From positions 1-64,000 of the IMG/VR virus record IMGVR_UViG_3300028883_000004: a stretch of 64,000 bases of DNA. One strand, 5' to 3'. The stretch comes from a virus. Position 1 is the stretch's first letter; each line of letters starts with the position of its first letter. Below, in pieces: positions 51,397-60,952 of this stretch. The notes beneath the pieces were generated by a model that did no database searches, was not told where the DNA came from, and saw only the letters and a program-made list of their open reading frames with translations. The translations under genes were made by a program, and so were the position numbers.

Positions 51397-51786
51397 ATGA
51401 AAACTCGTAAAGAGCAGGTGAAAGCGACCATCGGAAAGCTCAAGATGAAAGTCAGTCAAGGTGTTGTTGAGATGGTCATCGCTCGTTACCTGGAGTCGGT
51501 TTTCGATGCGCTTGCAGATGGTTACTCCGTGAATCTGTACCGGATCGGCAGGCTTGAGGTGATAGTCAAGCCTGCCGGTCAATTCTATTCTGGACTTTGC
51601 AAAAGATACATGCACAGCAATCCTCGAATCAGAATCAGGTTCATACCGGCAAGAGGCCTCAACGAAATCCTAGATAAGAAGATGAATGAGGGACAATTCC
51701 ATGGCAGACTCGACAAAAGCGGGAACCTCAAAAAAGAAAAGAAGGGTCGTAAAAAAGGAAGCCGAAAAAAAGGCTCCGCCCGTTAA
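51397..51786 (+). CDS. HU/IHF-family DNA-binding protein with basic C-terminal tail
   Basis: VVEMVIARYLESVFDALADGYSVNLYRIGRLEVIVKPAG...NPRIRIRFIPARGLNEIL fits the HU fold pattern (G.f.v..r.ar...NP.t...i.f.p...l). Confidence 0.7.
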   Translation: MKTRKEQVKATIGKLKMKVSQGVVEMVIARYLESVFDALADGYSVNLYRIGRLEVIVKPAGQFYSGLCKRYMHSNPRIRIRFIPARGLNEILDKKMNEGQFHGRLDKSGNLKKEKKGRKKGSRKKGSAR

Positions 51787-52885
51787 ACCTTATCGACCCA
51801 CTGCTCCTGGTTCTGGAAAGCTCATAGACGAGATGAAGGCGGTCACTCAAGACCTTGTGCGGGTTACTCCGCTGAACAAGGTTCCGCCGACTGTGGTTGT
51901 GCCTACCTTCTTTGCTGGATTCAATAGAGCGACGAGAGTAGGCGGAGCCCCGAGTCGGCGGATTATGATTATTCATGGACCGTCTGGAGAGGGGAAGTCT
52001 GTCTTTGCAGCCGGCCTTCTTACCTCTGCGGCAATCTACGGGCACATCCCGCTTTATGTAGACGCTGAGCATGCCACCGACCCAGATTGGTGGATGAAGC
52101 TAAACGTTCCAAACTGGCTTCCGTTCTACAGACCGGAGACATACGAGGAGGCTTACGCGAATATAAACAAGGCCATCATGAACTTCAAGAAAGGGAAGGC
52201 GGCTGGAACGATAGACAAGAACAGACACCTCGTTATTGTCATCGATACCATCAACAAACTCGCTCCGAAAGAGGAGATAGAGAAGTTCGGGAAAGAAACG
52301 ATCAAGCGCGGCTATCCACTGAGGGCGATGTACAACAACAGATGGTTAGACGTACTGACTCCAATCTGCGGAGTCAACGACATCCTCTTCGTGGTTATAG
52401 CCCAGGAGAGAAGGGATGCCACCGTCGAGGACGGACAATACGTTAAAGAGTACACGAAATGGAAAACCAAGGGAGGAACAGGATTGAAGTACGACTCCTC
52501 TCTGGTGGTTAGGATAACGGAGTCGACTGCTCTCAAGGAGGATATAGGCGGACAGAAGATAGAAGTTGGCTCTGGGCATAAAGGGTTCGTCATTAAGAAC
52601 AAAGTCGGATTCTGTCATGAAGGCTTCACCTTCTACACTATCTCTGTAGACGGGGGAGAGAACCCAGTCGGATTTGACTACGCAAGGGAACTTGCAGACG
52701 AATGCAAGCACATGGGTCTGATAGTTAAAGAAGGCCAGAACTTCAGACTCGACGACGATGGAGAGCTGAGAGCGGAGAAGGGACTGAAGGCCATACGAAT
52801 GGCCCTTAGAAACGATGAAAGCTTGGCGAAGCGAATGCTGGAGAGACTTCGCCAAATGACCCTGGAAGGAAAGTTGCCAGAATGA
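51701..52885 (+). CDS. recA: RecA/UvsX-family recombinase
   Basis: Walker A IIHGPSGEGKSVF. LYVDAEHATDPDWWMKLNV (compare RecA fIDAEHAlDp.ya.klGV). VIVIDTINKLAPKEEIE (compare vVDSVaaL.PkaEieG). N-terminal ...KKKRRVVKK. Alternative start at 51686. Confidence 0.8.
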   Translation: MADSTKAGTSKKKRRVVKKEAEKKAPPVKPYRPTAPGSGKLIDEMKAVTQDLVRVTPLNKVPPTVVVPTFFAGFNRATRVGGAPSRRIMIIHGPSGEGKSVFAAGLLTSAAIYGHIPLYVDAEHATDPDWWMKLNVPNWLPFYRPETYEEAYANINKAIMNFKKGKAAGTIDKNRHLVIVIDTINKLAPKEEIEKFGKETIKRGYPLRAMYNNRWLDVLTPICGVNDILFVVIAQERRDATVEDGQYVKEYTKWKTKGGTGLKYDSSLVVRITESTALKEDIGGQKIEVGSGHKGFVIKNKVGFCHEGFTFYTISVDGGENPVGFDYARELADECKHMGLIVKEGQNFRLDDDGELRAEKGLKAIRMALRNDESLAKRMLERLRQMTLEGKLPE

Positions 52886-53133
52886 ACGAGAGTCAAATCC
52901 ACGGGATGAATAAAGTCATCCTGCACGCCAGCTTAGATAAGGCGACGGCAAAGAAGGTGGAGAGCATTGTCAAAACTCTCGTGGACGACAACCTGAAGGG
53001 GAAGGCGTCTCAGGTTCAGGCCGGCTCTATCACCCTACGAGTTATTGCATTGGTGGAAAAGACAACAGACCTTCTTACAAAGCCTCTCTCTTCATGGGAG
53101 GAGAAAATGATCGCAAAGGTCTTGGAGGTCTAA
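52882..53133 (+). CDS. hypothetical protein (83 aa)
   Basis: ATGA-coupled to recA-like and TAATG-coupled to sbcD-like. No motif. Confidence 0.5.
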   Translation: MNESQIHGMNKVILHASLDKATAKKVESIVKTLVDDNLKGKASQVQAGSITLRVIALVEKTTDLLTKPLSSWEEKMIAKVLEV

Positions 53134-53939
53134 TGAGATTTGCAGTAAAGGGAGATAGTCACCTCGGGAAGTCTATGGGGATGTTCTCCAGGACAGAGGA
53201 GATTCGTCGAGTATATAACGCAATCATCGATCGCTGCATCAAAGAGGAGGTCTCCGCTCTTGTAGACCTTGGCGACATCTTCGATGGAAACAGACCAAGC
53301 TCAGACCTCATCTCCATGTTTCTAAGATGGGTCACGAGGTTGACGGAAGCAGGGATCGATTACATAGTCACGGAAGGGAATCACGAGAAGGTTCATCAAC
53401 CAGGAAGGCGGTCGGCACTTGAGGTCCTGGAGGCTGCAAACTTTGATCCTGAGAAAGTCCACGTCTCGTCCTGGCCTGAAGTCTTTTCTATCAGACAGAG
53501 TGCACTCTGCATTCTTGTTCCGTGGGTTACACGAATAGAAGTCAAGACGAGAGAGGGAGCCTTCGAACATAAGAGTATGAGCGATTGGCTCGACGGAGTT
53601 CTAAACGAAAAGCAAATGCTTGGAAGTCTCCGCGGCTGCGACCTTCAGGAGAGGTTTCAACCAATCTACCTTTTTGGTCATGTCAACCTAAAGGGCGCGA
53701 CAGTTGGAAAGAACATCCCGTACGAGCCAGACGATTACGTTCTACCCGATTGGGTTCTAGGCGATGAGTCGCCTCTCGACGGAATCATAGTCGGTCATAT
53801 ACACAAGACTCAAATCATCCAGAGGGAGCCGGTGCCTACAATGGTTCTAGGGACTCCTCACTTCAACGACTTCGGAGAGATAGGGCACGACAAAGGATTC
53901 GTCATTATAGACACCTCCAGGGCAAGGAGGAAATCGTAA
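53133..53939 (+). CDS. sbcD: Mre11/SbcD-family nuclease (phosphoesterase core only, 268 aa)
   Basis: Motifs VKGDSHLG, DLGDIFDG, TEGNHE, GHVN, VGHIH. Start 53133 has GGAGG upstream. Confidence 0.75.
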   Translation: MRFAVKGDSHLGKSMGMFSRTEEIRRVYNAIIDRCIKEEVSALVDLGDIFDGNRPSSDLISMFLRWVTRLTEAGIDYIVTEGNHEKVHQPGRRSALEVLEAANFDPEKVHVSSWPEVFSIRQSALCILVPWVTRIEVKTREGAFEHKSMSDWLDGVLNEKQMLGSLRGCDLQERFQPIYLFGHVNLKGATVGKNIPYEPDDYVLPDWVLGDESPLDGIIVGHIHKTQIIQREPVPTMVLGTPHFNDFGEIGHDKGFVIIDTSRARRKS

Positions 53940-54385
53940 TGGTGAAGCGTCGTGTAGTGAAGAAGGGAACAGGGAAACCAAAGTCACTCTTTCCTGGTTT
54001 TCAGTTTATTCCTACGAATCCGACTCCTCTGATAAAACTGCAGGGAGACCTTCGCGAAGAGAGTCTTGAAAAGATGATAGCTAGATTCGCGAAGGAGACT
54101 CCGAGAGGAGCTATCGTCAGCATTGAGGTGAAGGTAGACGAAGAGACTCTGCCGGACCTCAAAGCCCAGGAGATAATGGAGGCCCTTCCGCAAGCGAGTT
54201 TCGTTAGACAGGTGAAGCCTGTTATTGTGAAGGGGAAAGCTCTTCGCATAGAAGGGCAGGACCCAGCACTCGGGGAAAAGGAAGCAGTCAAGAACTTCGT
54301 AAAGGAGACAAAGCCTCCTAGAGCAAAGACGGTTCTCAAGATAGCTTACGACCTTCTGGAGAGAGGAGGTCGTGATGCAGGTTGA
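53939..54385 (+). CDS. hypothetical protein with N-terminal KRRVVKK tag (148 aa), between sbcD-like and sbcC-like
   Basis: TAATG coupling, SD AAGGAGGAA. MVKRRVVKKGTGKPKSLFPGFQF... Could be a detached SbcD C-terminal/capping region. Confidence 0.55.
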   Translation: MVKRRVVKKGTGKPKSLFPGFQFIPTNPTPLIKLQGDLREESLEKMIARFAKETPRGAIVSIEVKVDEETLPDLKAQEIMEALPQASFVRQVKPVIVKGKALRIEGQDPALGEKEAVKNFVKETKPPRAKTVLKIAYDLLERGGRDAG

Positions 54386-56420
54386 TGCAATAGTTGTTTG
54401 TAACTTCGGACCCTTCAGAGGAGAGCATCGAGTTGACTTTCGAGGAAGGAAAACAATCGGAGTTGCAGGGCGACACGTTCTAAACAAAGAGAAGTCGAAT
54501 CGCGTAGGCAAATCCTTCCTTCTGGAATCTATCCGCTACGCTCTGTACGGTAAGCATCGAATGAGGACAGAGACAGAGCTGATCACCAATGGTGAAAAAC
54601 ATATGTGGGTTCGGTACGAGGGAACACTCTCGAACGGAAAGGATTTTACGGTCGAGAGAGGAAGGAACGCCGATGGAAAGGGTTATCTTGAAGTCAGTGA
54701 CTTTGAAGGGGCAGGACAGAAGAAGGGGCAAGAGGCTCTTGACATCCTTCTTGCGATAGACGATAAGGACTTCGATTCGATTTTCTTCTGCAGGCCTGAT
54801 GAACTTCATTCCTTCATGGAAGCCGGACCGACAGAGCAGTCTCGCAAGATGAGGTCGTGGGCAGGGATAGACAGATGGAAAGTTTATGAGGATGCAGCGG
54901 CGGAGCTTTTAGCCGTAGCCGAAAAGGAACTGCTTGAGACCTACGATGATATAGACGGACTCGAAGAACAGCTGGAGGACGCGGACCAACTCCAGGAAGC
55001 TCTCACAGGCGCGAAGGCTCAACTGGAGACTGCATCCGCCAGACAGAAGAAGGCGAGCGTGCAACTGGAGAAGGTCCGCAACCTCCTCTCGAAGTTAGAC
55101 GATCGCTCCTCTCTGGAATCTAACCTGGAGACCATTACAGACGCTTTGGAAACTCTCCTGGAGAAGGAGAACACCTACACCTCTGCGAAGGCTCAAAAGA
55201 AGAAAGACGAGGCGCGACTGAAGAAGGTCAAGGCAGGTCTCGTCGACTTGGAGACTTTTGAGAAGGAGAAGGAGGAAGCACAGCAGGAAGTCTGGAGACT
55301 GGAGACCTCCCTGCAGACCTGGGCGGAAGCCGGGGAGAGGGGCGGGGTTTGCCCGATTTTAAGCGAAAAATGCGATAGGATAGGCAAGGAGACCGTAGAG
55401 GAGCAGAAAAAGGAGGCTAGAGACGCCCTAAAAGCCGCTAGAACGGCGTTAGAGGCGGTGAAAAGGAAGGCAGAGGGGTTATCAGGCCTGAAGCGAGAAA
55501 AGACGCTCCTGGAGGCTAGAATCGCCCAGAATGGTAGGGTGAAGGCTCCTGACCTCTCTAAGCGAGAAGGGCTCCTTGCCAGGCAGAAGAAGATCGAAGC
55601 TGACCTGGAGGCGATAGACGAGAGCAAGCGGACTAAGTACGAGGACCTCGAAAGCAAATGTCAGAAGGCTCTTGATGCTGCAGACAAAGAGGTAAGCGAG
55701 ACCCAGGAGAGCATAGGGGCGCTCAAGGAAAGGAAAAGGAAAACAGAGGAGGCGTCTCGCAAGATAACCAAACTTGAGAAGGCGGCGGAAGGGCAGGAGA
55801 CGAAAGTCAAGGACCTCCGCTTTGTAAGATACATGTTCGGGAAAGACGGCATCCCGTCTCACGAGTTGGAATCTATGTTCGGGGAGATTGAGGAGAGGGT
55901 CAGCAGAAATCTCTCTCGCCTTGGATCCGAACTTACAGTTCACCTTTCCCCGGTTAAGGTTCTGAAGAAGATGGAACCTGTATGTCCTGCATGCGGGTAC
56001 GAGTGGGAGTCTCCTTCAAAGTCTGGGAAATGCCCGGATTGTAAAAGGGAGAGAAAGAACGCAACGAAGGACGAACTCCAATTCGAGTTCACAGAGGGAG
56101 AGAAGGTCACAAAGTTCTACGGAGACTCTGGAGGCGGCAAGGTCATCATCTCCCTGGCGGTTAGGATTGCAATTGCAGACTTGAGGGCTCGACGCTCTGG
56201 GACGACGGCGAAGTTCTTTATCCTAGATGAGCCATTCATTCATCTTGATGAAGTAAGCAGAGCGACAGTCACTTCGACCCTTCTCGGAAAGTTCAGAAGG
56301 GACATTGGAGTTGATAGGCTCTTTGTCATTTCGCATGTTCCAGAGATCAGGGATGCAGTCGAGGACATCCTTTATGTTGTAATGGATGAGAACGGAGATT
56401 CGAGGCCAGAATGGGCATAA
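54372..56420 (+). CDS. sbcC: Rad50/SbcC-family ATPase
   Basis: N-terminal Walker A region (NRVGKSFLLESIRYALYG), ~350-aa coiled coil, signature GDSGGGKVIISLAV, Walker B FFILDEPFIHLDE, and an inserted CPACGYEWESPSKSGKCPDC ribbon. Confidence 0.8.
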   Translation: MMQVDAIVVCNFGPFRGEHRVDFRGRKTIGVAGRHVLNKEKSNRVGKSFLLESIRYALYGKHRMRTETELITNGEKHMWVRYEGTLSNGKDFTVERGRNADGKGYLEVSDFEGAGQKKGQEALDILLAIDDKDFDSIFFCRPDELHSFMEAGPTEQSRKMRSWAGIDRWKVYEDAAAELLAVAEKELLETYDDIDGLEEQLEDADQLQEALTGAKAQLETASARQKKASVQLEKVRNLLSKLDDRSSLESNLETITDALETLLEKENTYTSAKAQKKKDEARLKKVKAGLVDLETFEKEKEEAQQEVWRLETSLQTWAEAGERGGVCPILSEKCDRIGKETVEEQKKEARDALKAARTALEAVKRKAEGLSGLKREKTLLEARIAQNGRVKAPDLSKREGLLARQKKIEADLEAIDESKRTKYEDLESKCQKALDAADKEVSETQESIGALKERKRKTEEASRKITKLEKAAEGQETKVKDLRFVRYMFGKDGIPSHELESMFGEIEERVSRNLSRLGSELTVHLSPVKVLKKMEPVCPACGYEWESPSKSGKCPDCKRERKNATKDELQFEFTEGEKVTKFYGDSGGGKVIISLAVRIAIADLRARRSGTTAKFFILDEPFIHLDEVSRATVTSTLLGKFRRDIGVDRLFVISHVPEIRDAVEDILYVVMDENGDSRPEWA

Positions 56421-57118
56421 GCAGGAGAGTTAAAAAGCGGAAAGGGAAAGAGCGGAGAGTGCTTGGAATCGATCAGTCGCTTGATCACTCTGCACTCGTC
56501 CTTCTAGGAAGTGGAGGAGGGAAGTCGAGAACGCTTCCAGGACATCTTCTCGACTTTAGATATTTCGTCGACACAAAGACAGACCTGAAGGCGTACAAGG
56601 AAGCTCTGATGGTTCCTGCTCCAGATGGGAAGGTCAACGACACTTATAAGCTCGAACGCCTTCTCTATCTTCGAAAGACATTCAAGCAACTTATTCTCGA
56701 ATGGCAACCTGATATTGCGGCAATGGAGGGATACGCTTACAACGCGAAGGGCTCCTCTGCAATGCAGACAGGTGAACTCGTCGGAATGCTGAGAATGCTA
56801 TTGCGAGACCTCCATGTCCCGTTCTTCATCTTTGATCCTGGTTCGATAAAACTTTACGGCGCTGGGAAGGCAGGAGCTAATAAGGTCGCTATGGTGATGT
56901 CCTGCTCTAAGCGATGGGAGAGGATAAACTTTGCGGAGTACGGAAACAACTGCGACAACATAGCAGATGCCTATATTATTGCGCAACTGTTATGGGAACT
57001 GGACTGTGTTAGAGAAGGAGACCTGACGGTCAACGATTTAAGAGTCCAGACGAAGAGGGTCTTGCAGAGAACTACAAAGCCGTACCCGGAATCACTCATA
57101 ACAGTGGAGCCGCTATGA
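56411..57118 (+). CDS. ruvC: RuvC-like Holliday junction resolvase
   Basis: RRVLGIDQSLDHSALVLL (catalytic Asp), AAMEGYAY (Glu), NIADAYIIAQL (Asp). Basic N-terminus MGISRRVKKRKGK. Confidence 0.6.
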   Translation: MGISRRVKKRKGKERRVLGIDQSLDHSALVLLGSGGGKSRTLPGHLLDFRYFVDTKTDLKAYKEALMVPAPDGKVNDTYKLERLLYLRKTFKQLILEWQPDIAAMEGYAYNAKGSSAMQTGELVGMLRMLLRDLHVPFFIFDPGSIKLYGAGKAGANKVAMVMSCSKRWERINFAEYGNNCDNIADAYIIAQLLWELDCVREGDLTVNDLRVQTKRVLQRTTKPYPESLITVEPL

Positions 57119-57417
57119 CAAGAAAGCGAAAAACAAAGAAGGAGGAAGTCAAGTCGAATCCTATGTTGAAGGTTATGTTAGGACTCGACGAAGTCGTTAT
57201 CTCAAAACGACAGGTCATTATTCTAAAGGCCCTTCGGGACCTGAAGAGTTCAACGGCTGATCCGGTTGTAAGCATGACGAAAATAGACAAGAACATTGTC
57301 CAGAATGCCTTTCGCGCTCTTGCGAAGAGAGGGTACGCGAAGAAAACGATTCAGCATGGTGTTTACGGAATAACCAAACTTGGCGAACAGCTCTGCGATG
57401 CAGTGGATGGAAAGTGA
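57115..57417 (+). CDS. small winged-helix DNA-binding protein
   Basis: ISKRQVIILKALRDL...IVQNAFRALAKRGYAKK...YGITKLGEQL has a MarR/wHTH-like layout. Confidence 0.45.
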   Translation: MTRKRKTKKEEVKSNPMLKVMLGLDEVVISKRQVIILKALRDLKSSTADPVVSMTKIDKNIVQNAFRALAKRGYAKKTIQHGVYGITKLGEQLCDAVDGK

Positions 57418-57420
57418 TTT

Positions 57421-58329
57421 ATGTCTGAAGTCGAAACCATATTGTTGGATGGTTCTTTCGTGGCTCGCTACGGTTACGAAGTACATAAGGAACTCTCCTG
57501 GGAATCGGAAAGAGGGAGAGTTGAGACAGGATGCCTTTACGGTTTCCTAGACACGGCGATATCATGGCGAAGAAGATTCGGAGGAAGGATCATCGTTTGC
57601 TGGGATAGAGGCTACGGAATAAGAACAGCAATCGATCCTACCTACAAGCAGAACAGAAGGGACAATCCATGGGAGGAACGAGATCGTTATGAGGCTCAAA
57701 AGAGACTCTTGATGAAGGTCCTTCCGTACACCGGGTTCACTCAAGCCTACGCACCTGAGCACGAGGGAGACGACGTAATGGTTACCCTCAGCAAGAGACT
57801 TCCAAAACCGATAATGGTTGTCTCTTCAGACTGGGACCTCCATCAGGTTATTGCTCCAGGTGTAAAGCTCCTTCGTAAGTTCTCTTCGGGAAGGGTTAGA
57901 GAATCGATCCTCGGAATAGAGGAGCACAAAGCAAAGTGGGGATTTGGTCCAGAGCACTTTCCCTGGTTTCAATCCCTCGTTGGATGTGTAGGAGATAATG
58001 TCTCTGGTGTAAAGGGAATGGGAAAGAAACGAGCTGCAGACCTCATAGAGAATCATTCAGACGTATACGAGCAGTTTGTTCTAAACGGAAACGAAGAAGT
58101 GCTTGAGGGAAGTGGTCTCCAGAAGGTTGTAGTAAACGCTTTACGAAACGGAAGGGACGATGCGCTTCGTAGCCTCAAGCTTGTTACTATGCGAGATGAC
58201 GCACCAGTGGTCTACATTAGAAGCAGATTCAGGCCTGCTGAACTTTTAGACCTTCTTGAGTACTACGGATGTTACGATCTTACAAAAGATACGAAATTCA
58301 AATGGTTCGGGGAGAATGCAATTGACTAA
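57421..58329 (+). CDS. 5'-3' exonuclease / flap endonuclease (Pol I N-terminal / T4 RNase H family)
   Basis: ILLDGSFVARYG, IIVCWDRGYGIRTAIDPTYKQNRR, PEHEGDDVMVTL, VVSSDWDLHQV, and H3TH motif LVGCVGDNVSGVKGMGKKRAADLI. Confidence 0.8.
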   Translation: MSEVETILLDGSFVARYGYEVHKELSWESERGRVETGCLYGFLDTAISWRRRFGGRIIVCWDRGYGIRTAIDPTYKQNRRDNPWEERDRYEAQKRLLMKVLPYTGFTQAYAPEHEGDDVMVTLSKRLPKPIMVVSSDWDLHQVIAPGVKLLRKFSSGRVRESILGIEEHKAKWGFGPEHFPWFQSLVGCVGDNVSGVKGMGKKRAADLIENHSDVYEQFVLNGNEEVLEGSGLQKVVVNALRNGRDDALRSLKLVTMRDDAPVVYIRSRFRPAELLDLLEYYGCYDLTKDTKFKWFGENAID

Positions 58330-59290
58330 ACGGCGAGCAGTAAAGGCTAGAACGCGAGGACGACTAAGAGATCACGAAGTGCTCTCTACAATTCGAGACG
58401 TCCTCTCGAATACTTATCTGAAAGAGGGAAAAGACTATTTTGTTGGGGAGAACATTCCAGGGGAGAGTAGGCGCGGAGACATCTTCTTTCCGGTTCCTAG
58501 AATCGTATGCATCTTTGATCAGTTTGCAGTGGAGAGAGGATGGGACATGGAATCGAGAGGATGGAAGGTCATCACTCTCGTAGACTCTTCGGAGCGGTAC
58601 ATCAAGTCTGTCGTTTACAGAATCATCAGGAAGTTTCACAAAGACTTTAGGACCTGGAACCCGAAAGACAGATGGCAGGAGATTGTAGACGAATGGGGAG
58701 AATGCTCAGAATGCGGTCTGTGTAAGGATAGACAGAACCTCGTCCTTGGAGAGTTCTCTGAGAAGTTCGACTCGTGCGAAGTTATGATTGTAGGAGAGGG
58801 ACCCGGACCAGACGAGGATGAGCAAGGAAGGCCTTTTGTTGGGAAGTCTGGAATGGCGCTTCGCAGATGGATGAAGAAGGCAGGCATTGAGGATAACTAC
58901 TTCATCACAAATGCAGTCTGCTGCTTTCCAGGGAGAGACGAAAACCGACGAATCAAACCTCCAAGTGTAAAGCACATAAAGGCATGCCGCAATAGGCTCC
59001 TTCAAACGATAGAAGTTATGAACCCATCGGTGGTGGTCAATGTAGGCGAGATTGCTCTAAAGGCCGTTATGGGAAAGGGCATGATCAAGGAGGCGCGGGG
59101 CCTTCGACAAAAGCGGATCATCAAGCGACAGAAGAAGGGATCAAGACTGCTGTACTTCAAATCGCTTACGGTTTATCATCCTTCATACATAATCAGGCAG
59201 AGAGGGAAACGCGGAAACGACCTCATGAAGATTGCAGTCGAGGACCTTCGCAGAGCCCTTCAATATGCCAGAGGGATAGCAGACGAATGA
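58316..59290 (+). CDS. family 4 uracil-DNA glycosylase with ~120-aa N-terminal extension
   Basis: CSECGLC (Fe-S Cys), VMIVGEGPGPDEDEQGRPFVGKSGMAL, FITNAVCCFP, VYHPSYI. The N-terminus (RRGDIFFPVPRIVCIFDQ...ESRGWKVITL) is faintly Vsr/DUF559-like. ATG 58316 follows GGGGAG. Confidence 0.8.
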   Translation: MQLTKRRAVKARTRGRLRDHEVLSTIRDVLSNTYLKEGKDYFVGENIPGESRRGDIFFPVPRIVCIFDQFAVERGWDMESRGWKVITLVDSSERYIKSVVYRIIRKFHKDFRTWNPKDRWQEIVDEWGECSECGLCKDRQNLVLGEFSEKFDSCEVMIVGEGPGPDEDEQGRPFVGKSGMALRRWMKKAGIEDNYFITNAVCCFPGRDENRRIKPPSVKHIKACRNRLLQTIEVMNPSVVVNVGEIALKAVMGKGMIKEARGLRQKRIIKRQKKGSRLLYFKSLTVYHPSYIIRQRGKRGNDLMKIAVEDLRRALQYARGIADE

Positions 59291-59664
59291 AACGAGGATT
59301 CGTAGGAGGTGTAGTCTATCTTGCCCAGTGCTTTTGGGAAGGATTCTCGCAGGCGAATAAGACTACAAAGAAAGTCATGGGAAGGTTCCCAGACGGTTTC
59401 TTCTATCTCCAGCGCGGTTATGAGAAACCTCACAGGGAGGAAGGAGGCGCCTTGATTTTCCTAGACGAACAAGTTGCTCTTGCCTTCCTTGAATCTGCGC
59501 TTAGAACAGACATCGATAAGTACAAAGGCCTGAGGATAAAGAAGGCGAAGCGATACTTAGACGTCGGCGGCTTTCTCACCAGGAGTGTGAAAGACGGTGA
59601 ACTAATAGTCTCGACCCTTCTTCTGGAGTTAACGACAGGAAAGCGGGAGGTCATAAAGATATGA
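59287..59664 (+). CDS. hypothetical protein (125 aa)
   Basis: ATGA-coupled ORF. No motif. Confidence 0.5.
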   Translation: MKRGFVGGVVYLAQCFWEGFSQANKTTKKVMGRFPDGFFYLQRGYEKPHREEGGALIFLDEQVALAFLESALRTDIDKYKGLRIKKAKRYLDVGGFLTRSVKDGELIVSTLLLELTTGKREVIKI

Positions 59665-59858
59665 GCGCGCAGAGTGACTTGGATCAACTCATCCTTGTCG
59701 TGGACAAGGCCCTTGAGGAAAACAGAATATGGCCAGACAAGACTCTGCGAAGAGGAAGTTTGGCTCGAAGCATTGCGTTAAAGGTTGTAGCCGAAGGATT
59801 CAGCAAAACGCCGAAGCCTCAGGCTCGTAGAACTCGAAAGGTGAGGAAGGATGACTGA
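59661..59858 (+). CDS. hypothetical protein (65 aa)
   Basis: ATGA-coupled. Basic C-terminus. Confidence 0.45.
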   Translation: MSAQSDLDQLILVVDKALEENRIWPDKTLRRGSLARSIALKVVAEGFSKTPKPQARRTRKVRKDD

Positions 59859-60408
59859 GAAGAAGGGCGATGGAAAAGAGAATCGCGGAAAGGTCGTAGA
59901 CATCCGCCAGATGATCGGAAAGAAGTTCAACGACGAGAAGAAGGTCAAGGAAGCTCTTGATGATCCTTCGAAGGCCTTCATTATAGACAGCGAGGATGCG
60001 CTCATCACTGCCTTCTGGTCGTCCGAATGGATCAAGATTTGCAACATCGATGACGACCAGAAACGAGAGAGGATGGCAGGGAAGTTCCTGGAGAAGATGG
60101 CAAGGAACAAAGACCTGTACGGAGTGAGACTCTTCGTGCAGCATCTCCTTCAGCGCATCGAGAACCTTGAGAACCTCAACTCGCATCTCGTAGGCGAAAT
60201 GAAGATCACAAAGGACTTCGTCAATAAGCACGAGGACCTTATTACAATTCTGCAACTTCCCTTCTGGAAGCGCTGGGCGTACCTCAGGCGCTATCGCAAG
60301 GGACTCTTAACGGCGGGCAAAGGAAAGAACGTCAAGAAGAAGGAGGCAAAAGATGCCGGACAAAAGCGGGAGAACAAATCTCCTAAAGACGGCCCTGCAA
60401 AGGACTGA
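59851..60408 (+). CDS. hypothetical protein (185 aa) with Lys-rich tail
   Basis: Overlapping start. Helical. No motif. Confidence 0.5.
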   Translation: MTEKKGDGKENRGKVVDIRQMIGKKFNDEKKVKEALDDPSKAFIIDSEDALITAFWSSEWIKICNIDDDQKRERMAGKFLEKMARNKDLYGVRLFVQHLLQRIENLENLNSHLVGEMKITKDFVNKHEDLITILQLPFWKRWAYLRRYRKGLLTAGKGKNVKKKEAKDAGQKRENKSPKDGPAKD

Positions 60409-60952
60409 GAAGGCTACAGAGCATGCAGCCCTAATCAATCTGATTATCGGGCATGCTCATGCAAGTGGGATCGAGGTCGTCCTTACAGCTCCGAAAAAAG
60501 GGCTCGACTCTTACGAGAAGGACAACATTCAGAACTCGACGATCATAGAGAGTACGGATGACCCTCTCGCGATTGTCGCAAAGAACGTTGTGAACCATTT
60601 CGTGGAGGTGAAGAAAAGAGCAGACCTCCCTCCTGGGAGATTCGAGCTTGTGGCTATCACCTTTGCGACTCAGGCTTCCGGAATCTCAACGGTCGTCTAT
60701 GAGTTCGTTCCGGACTTCTACGGAATGGCAAAAGGGCTCCTTGCAAAGCATAGAGAGCACTCCGCCTCACTTCAGGATTCGATGGAGATAATCAAGAGGA
60801 AACTCCAGGAGGCTGGAGGCGACGGAGCAAAGGTCACATTTGAAGACATTTCGCATGCTCTTGATGCTATCGATGAAGTCGCGGCAGCTGGCGAGGCTTT
60901 GGTGGAAGGGGCAAGTTGGATCGACGAAGAGGAGGAAGGCAATGGCGACTAG
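60353..60952 (+). CDS. hypothetical protein (199 aa) with acidic C-terminus
   Basis: Strong SD (GAAGGAGG, 6-nt spacer). 56-nt overlap with the upstream ORF. Confidence 0.55.
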   Translation: MPDKSGRTNLLKTALQRTEKATEHAALINLIIGHAHASGIEVVLTAPKKGLDSYEKDNIQNSTIIESTDDPLAIVAKNVVNHFVEVKKRADLPPGRFELVAITFATQASGISTVVYEFVPDFYGMAKGLLAKHREHSASLQDSMEIIKRKLQEAGGDGAKVTFEDISHALDAIDEVAAAGEALVEGASWIDEEEEGNGD

